This document shows positions 59,671 through 64,000 of a DNA stretch of 64,000 nt, one piece after another. The DNA is from Chthoniobacterales bacterium (GTDB taxonomy: Bacteria; Verrucomicrobiota; Verrucomicrobiia; Chthoniobacterales; JAATET01): contig DATCRI010000077.1 of the NCBI GenBank assembly GCA_036569045.1, forward strand, positions 24,916-88,915. The letters are read 5' to 3'. Numbering within the stretch: position 1 is the stretch's first letter; each line of letters opens with the position of its first letter. Below the pieces are notes generated by a model. That model did not search any database. It was not told the DNA's origin and was given only the letters and a program-made list of their open reading frames with translations. Both the position numbers and the translations under genes were made by a program.

Positions 59671-60426
59671 TCAGACTTTCCAGCGGCGGTATTGAAATAC
59701 CTGATACGTGAAGAAAAGCACCATGCCGGTGAGGCTGAGATAAAACACCACCGGGCGCGTATCGAAGAGCCCCTGCGAGAATTGCGCCATGTGCTGAATC
59801 GGCGAGACGTAGTCCGTCACATCGCGCAGCACCTGGCCGACGCTCGGAAACACCCGCGAGAGATAACTCCAGAGGAAGGGCAGCACGATCATCGCGAAGG
59901 ACATGATCGCGGCGACGATCTGATTCCGCGTGAGGGCGGAGGTGAAGCAGCCGAGCGAGATGTAGAAAAGCCCGAGCAGCAGCAGCATCGCATACGCGCC
60001 GAAGTAGCACCCGGGCGACGGTGCCGCCTGCAGGCCGGTCTGCCATTGGAAGACGGCGAAATAGAGCAGGCTCGGCAGCCAGAGGATCGCGTAGAAGAAG
60101 ACGGCGCTGAGATATTTCGCGAGCAGCACCTGGATGTCGCGCACGGGCGCGGTCATCAGCGGCTCGATCGTGCCGAGCTTATATTCCTCGGAAAACAGGC
60201 GCATCGTGATGAGCGGAAACGGCAGCACGAAGCCAAACCAGAAAAAGACGGTATTGAAATACGCTTCGAAGACCGAGACGAAGGCCGGGCTGCGATTCAT
60301 CGCGTTGAGCACGGACCAGAAATTGAAGCCCGTGAGCAGGAGGAAGAAAAACAGGATCACGTAGGCGGCGGGCGACCGAAAATACACGGCGACCTCACGG
60401 GACCAGAGGGTGAAAAACTTGCGCAT
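59671..60426 (-). CDS. ABC-2 type transporter permease (GldF-like)
   Basis: 251 aa from MRKFFTLWSREVAVYFRSPAAYVILFFF. Six hydrophobic helices. Confidence 0.8.
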   Translation of the reverse strand: MRKFFTLWSREVAVYFRSPAAYVILFFFLLLTGFNFWSVLNAMNRSPAFVSVFEAYFNTVFFWFGFVLPFPLITMRLFSEEYKLGTIEPLMTAPVRDIQVLLAKYLSAVFFYAILWLPSLLYFAVFQWQTGLQAAPSPGCYFGAYAMLLLLGLFYISLGCFTSALTRNQIVAAIMSFAMIVLPFLWSYLSRVFPSVGQVLRDVTDYVSPIQHMAQFSQGLFDTRPVVFYLSLTGMVLFFTYQVFQYRRWKV

Positions 60427-60433
60427 GGGGCGG

Positions 60434-61369
60434 CTATTCGTCCGGGTGAGTGATTTCGGTGAACACGTCCTCGAGGGTGACGCGGTCGCGGCTGAGCTCG
60501 CGCACCGGCCAGCCGAGGCGAACCGCCGTGGCGTGAATCTGCTCGCGGGGATCCGCGCCGGGTTCGATGCCAAGGGCGAAGAGCGTCCAGTCACCCTCGG
60601 GCATCGCCGACGCGGTTTTCACCCCGGGCAATTCCAGCAGGACGGCCTTTGCCTTTTCCTCGTCGGGCACGCGGGCCTCGAAATGGACGTCGCCGGTCGC
60701 GCGCAGGCGAGCGCGGAGGTTTTCCGGTGCATCGGAGGCCTCGATGCGGCCCTTGTTGATGATGATCACCCGAGAGCACGTCATCTCGACCTCGGGCAGG
60801 ATGTGCGTCGAAATGAGGATCGTGTGGTGGCGGCCGAGATTCTTGATGAGTTCGCGGACCTGCCGAATCTGGTTCGGGTCGAGGCCGATCGTGGGCTCGT
60901 CGAGGATGAGCAGGTCGGGCTCGTGCACCATGGCGTCGGCGAGGCCGACCCGCTGCCGGTAGCCCTTCGAGAGGTTGCCCACGAGCTTGCGTTCCACGTC
61001 CTTCAGCGCGCAGAGGTCCATCACATCGCCCACGCGTTCCTTCATGCGGCGGCCGCGCACCCCCTTCAGCGAGGCGCGGTATTTGAGATATTCGACCACG
61101 CGCATGTCGTTGTAGAGCGGCACGCTCTCGGGCATGTAGCCGATGCGCTCCCGGGCACGGAGCGAATCCTTGAACACGTCGTAGCCCGCGATCTCGGCCC
61201 GACCACTCGTCGGCGGCAGGTAGCACGAGAGCATCTTCATCGTCGTGCTCTTGCCGGCGCCATTCGGCCCGAGAAAGCCAACGATCTCACCCTTGCCGAC
61301 CTCGAAACTGATGCCATTGACGGCGGTGAAGCCGGCGTAGCGCTTCGTGAGGTTCTCGACTTTGATCAT
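60434..61369 (-). CDS. ABC transporter ATP-binding protein (GldA-like)
   Basis: Walker A GPNGAGKSTT, signature LSKGYRQRVGLA, Walker B LLILDEPT. Confidence 0.95.
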   Translation of the reverse strand: MIKVENLTKRYAGFTAVNGISFEVGKGEIVGFLGPNGAGKSTTMKMLSCYLPPTSGRAEIAGYDVFKDSLRARERIGYMPESVPLYNDMRVVEYLKYRASLKGVRGRRMKERVGDVMDLCALKDVERKLVGNLSKGYRQRVGLADAMVHEPDLLILDEPTIGLDPNQIRQVRELIKNLGRHHTILISTHILPEVEMTCSRVIIINKGRIEASDAPENLRARLRATGDVHFEARVPDEEKAKAVLLELPGVKTASAMPEGDWTLFALGIEPGADPREQIHATAVRLGWPVRELSRDRVTLEDVFTEITHPDE

Positions 61370-61489
61370 GGGGCGGGTTGAAGAGCTAAACGCGGATCCG
61401 GCAAAATTTCCAGATTAACAGACCGGGCAGAAACGTAGACGCTCGTCGGGGTTAGACAAGTTTCGGCTCACGCCGCGTCCTTCTTCCGG

Positions 61490-61999
61490 ATGTCCACCCT
61501 CGCCCGCCTCTACGACGACCACGCGTCCGCGCTCTACGCCTTCGCGCTCGAGCTCACGCGCCGCGAGGCGGAGGCGGCCGATATCCTCCAGGAAATTTTC
61601 TGCCAGCTTGCCACCCGCCCCAGGCTGCTCCACGGAGTTCGCAACGAGCGCGCCTTCCTGCTTCGCATGATCTACACGCGCGCGGTCGATGCGGCTCGCC
61701 GCCGCGCCGTCCGCCAGCGCCACGCGGAAGCCGAGGCCGCCGCGCCACCACTCTTCTCGGACCCCAACCCCGCCGACGACTGCGACGAAGCCGCCTTCCG
61801 CGACTCCCTCGTCCGCGCCCTCGGCGACCTTCCGCCCGAGCAACGAGCGGTCGTCCATCTCAAGCTCTGGCAGGGCCTCACCTTCGAGGAAATCGCCGAC
61901 TCCCTTCGCATTTCCCCAAACACCGCAGCCAGTCGCTACCGCTACGGCATGGACAAATTACGCACGCTGCTGCGTCCGCTTTACGAGGAGATCCAATGA
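61490..61999 (+). CDS. ECF-type RNA polymerase sigma factor
   Basis: Region 2 (ADILQEIF) and region 4 HTH (LTFEEIADSLRISPNTAASRYRYGMDKL). 169 aa. Confidence 0.85.
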   Translation: MSTLARLYDDHASALYAFALELTRREAEAADILQEIFCQLATRPRLLHGVRNERAFLLRMIYTRAVDAARRRAVRQRHAEAEAAAPPLFSDPNPADDCDEAAFRDSLVRALGDLPPEQRAVVHLKLWQGLTFEEIADSLRISPNTAASRYRYGMDKLRTLLRPLYEEIQ

Positions 62000-62394
62000 C
62001 GCCTTTCGAACGACGCCTCGCCGCCACCCCACGCCGCGACGCTCCCTCCGAGCTCCGCGCCCGCATCCTCGCCATCGCCCGCGAGGCCGAGCGTCCCGCT
62101 TGGCGCATCGTCCTCGCCCGGCTGCTCTGGCCGCACCCGATCGCCTGGGGCGCGCTCGCGGCGGCGTGGATCGCCATCGCCGCGCTGAACGTCGCCGGCC
62201 CCCGCGGCCCCGAGCTCTACACCGTCAGCCCGCCGGAATACCGCGACCGCCTGCCCGCGGCGCGGGAGTATTTCGTGCAATGGGAGATCGAGCGACGCCT
62301 CCTTGCCCGCCTCGAGGCCGAGTGCACCCGCGACCTTCGCCCGGTGCGCCCGCTCCATCCGGCGCTCATCCTCCCACGCCCCGAAGATTTATGA
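61996..62394 (+). CDS. putative anti-sigma factor (single-pass membrane protein)
   Basis: ATGA overlap with the sigma gene. One TM helix (IAWGALAAAWIAIAAL). Assigned by position only. Confidence 0.5.
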   Translation: MTPFERRLAATPRRDAPSELRARILAIAREAERPAWRIVLARLLWPHPIAWGALAAAWIAIAALNVAGPRGPELYTVSPPEYRDRLPAAREYFVQWEIERRLLARLEAECTRDLRPVRPLHPALILPRPEDL

Positions 62395-63803
62395 CCCCTT
62401 CCCGCCCCCCGCTCTGGAAACGCTTTCTCCGCTTTGCGGTTTTTTCCGGCATCGTCGTCGTGACCCTCGTCGCGCTGGGCCTCTCGTGGTTCTCTTTCAC
62501 CACCCGCCGCGAGTGGGCAAAAACGAAGGCCGAACTGCTCACCCGGGGCGAGAAGCTCTCCATGGTCGAATTTGCCCCACCACCGATTCCGGACGATCAG
62601 AATTTCTTTGCGGACTCCATCTGGCGTCCTGCCGAGCCCCCCCCGGGCCAGCCCGCCATCAAGGAGACGCCATTCCAGCTCCTTGATTCTCTCGTGACGG
62701 CGGACGAGCTGGCTGCTATCCGCGTCGTTTTTCCAAACTTTCAGCCCTCGGGCTCTTCCGCCCGCGCATATGCCGCCTATCAACTTGGCCTGAGACTTTC
62801 GGAGCTTTCTCCCAAAATGCGACCAGCAGGCGTGACTCTTCTCGGCCGCCTGCTCGCCCCTCTGGCCCCGGTCCCATCCAAAATCGAGTCGTTGCTTGCC
62901 CGAGGGGATGCACGGTTTCCTTTCGACTACGCAACGCTCCCTTGGAAAATGAATCCCTATCCGGGCTTCCATGAGATCGGTTATACGCTGACCGCCTTTG
63001 CCTACGCCGCGCTTTTTCGCGGCGACTCCGCGACGGCCACCCTGCTCACCTTGGATCTCCTGCGAATGAGCGACACCTTGGCAAGAGAGCCCCTTCTTTA
63101 CGCCCAAATGCTCCGCATCAGCGTGGTTGCCCAGGCTAGAACCCTCGTTCAAACCGGCCTAGAAGAGCACCGATGGAGCGACGCCGAACTCGCATCTCTC
63201 CAAAACACCCTCGCGCAAATCGACCTTCTGCCAGGCTTAGCCCTCGCCTACCGCACGGAACGCGGCCGATCCAACCAAGCCTTCGAAGCCGTCCTTCTTC
63301 GTCCGTCGAAAGACCGTGCGGATCTCGTCGAGCAACTCCCCTCCGGACTACGGCAGGCTTTTCCGATCTATCTTCACCTGTTCGGCTTCGACGACCGCGT
63401 TGCTCTGAACCGGGGCGTCCAGAAAATCGTCGACGCCCTCGAGGCCGCACCTCTCAACGGGCTCGATCCTCGCCGCTATCGCTACGTCCCCGCGCCTCTA
63501 AGTCAAGTGACGCGGGTCTTCGCCAACAACTTCTTCTACTTGCTGGGAGGCCAGGTGGATGTTTTCGCGGTCCACATGACGGACATTCGGCAGACCATCG
63601 TCGCCTGCGCGCTGGAACGATACCGCCTCCGGTATGGATCCTATCCCGGCAACCTCGCCGAACTTGTGCCGACCTATCTCCCGACGATTCCCCGCGATGT
63701 CCTCGTCCATGAGCCCTTTCACTACCGCCGACTTTCGCCCGAGACCTTTCGTCTGTGGGCAGCAGGCGATTCGCCGGAGGCAGATCTTATCTGGCCAAAT
63801 TAA
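62391..63803 (+). CDS. membrane-anchored hypothetical protein
   Basis: 470 aa from MTPSRPPLWKRFLRFAVFSGIVVVTLVALGL. ATGA overlap with the upstream gene. No recognisable motif. Confidence 0.55.
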   Translation: MTPSRPPLWKRFLRFAVFSGIVVVTLVALGLSWFSFTTRREWAKTKAELLTRGEKLSMVEFAPPPIPDDQNFFADSIWRPAEPPPGQPAIKETPFQLLDSLVTADELAAIRVVFPNFQPSGSSARAYAAYQLGLRLSELSPKMRPAGVTLLGRLLAPLAPVPSKIESLLARGDARFPFDYATLPWKMNPYPGFHEIGYTLTAFAYAALFRGDSATATLLTLDLLRMSDTLAREPLLYAQMLRISVVAQARTLVQTGLEEHRWSDAELASLQNTLAQIDLLPGLALAYRTERGRSNQAFEAVLLRPSKDRADLVEQLPSGLRQAFPIYLHLFGFDDRVALNRGVQKIVDALEAAPLNGLDPRRYRYVPAPLSQVTRVFANNFFYLLGGQVDVFAVHMTDIRQTIVACALERYRLRYGSYPGNLAELVPTYLPTIPRDVLVHEPFHYRRLSPETFRLWAAGDSPEADLIWPN

Positions 63804-64000
63804 GATTCCTTGCGCCCCAGAGAGTATCAATATCCGTTCCCTCTCGAATTCTCTGCGTTAGAAGGCCGGTAAAAGCCTCTCGATCATCCGTTGGTAGCAC
63901 ATCCGTGCTGGTCATTGCCCTCCCGTCGTCGAAAAGTGCTCACCATGCACTTGGCTTTCTCCTCACCGATCAATTCATCGATACCAGACGCACCGAGAGC

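Noticed and set aside
58160-60046. N-terminal part of the 1085-aa minus-strand ORF, and the 735-aa plus-strand ORF 58246..60453
   Set aside because: These overlap the GldG-like and permease genes in other frames. They are Arg/His/Pro-rich and unsupported. Only the C-terminal 456 aa (DUF4340-like) has a signal anchor and protein-like sequence.
63884-64000. Partial minus-strand ORF at the window edge as an annotated CDS
   Set aside because: Only 38 codons are visible and there is no recognisable motif. It is kept as an observation in the findings and not called as a feature.

Overview
This is a dense, high-GC chromosomal segment with about 70 protein-coding genes. Many neighbouring genes are joined by 1-4 nt start/stop overlaps. 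I found no rRNA, tRNA, CRISPR array, transposase, integrase or prophage block. Most of the content is housekeeping: metR-metE, yebC, rho, guaA, coaD, yceD-rpmF-plsX-fabH, rplI-dnaB, ruvX-truA, coaX, maf, aat, hldD, galK, cysE and a NifS-type desulfurase. These are mixed with envelope functions: two L,D-transpeptidases, an amidase, a PG-binding protein, Lgt, two PilT-like ATPases and a GldA/F/G-like ABC system. Several conserved hypothetical secreted or membrane proteins are also present. The composition and gene set remind me of Verrucomicrobiota or another PVC-group bacterium, but that is an unverified impression. The best candidate for an undescribed system is a translationally coupled minus-strand trio at 34209-36567. 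It comprises a tiny three-helix membrane protein, a Cys-rich radical SAM enzyme whose architecture resembles the MJ0619/Tes (tetraether lipid synthase) class, and a short variant Lgt-family diacylglyceryl transferase. Secondary leads are an ArsC/Spx-fold CxxC protein coupled to a UbiA prenyltransferase, an FAD oxidoreductase coupled to a GT-C-like membrane protein, and a Rho factor whose N-terminal helical domain is replaced by a ~116-residue low-complexity segment. Other leads are a run of convergent gene pairs that share overlapping stop codons, and an A/T-richer transition at the right edge of the window. All functional calls rest on motifs read from the supplied translations plus recalled family knowledge. 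No database search was run.
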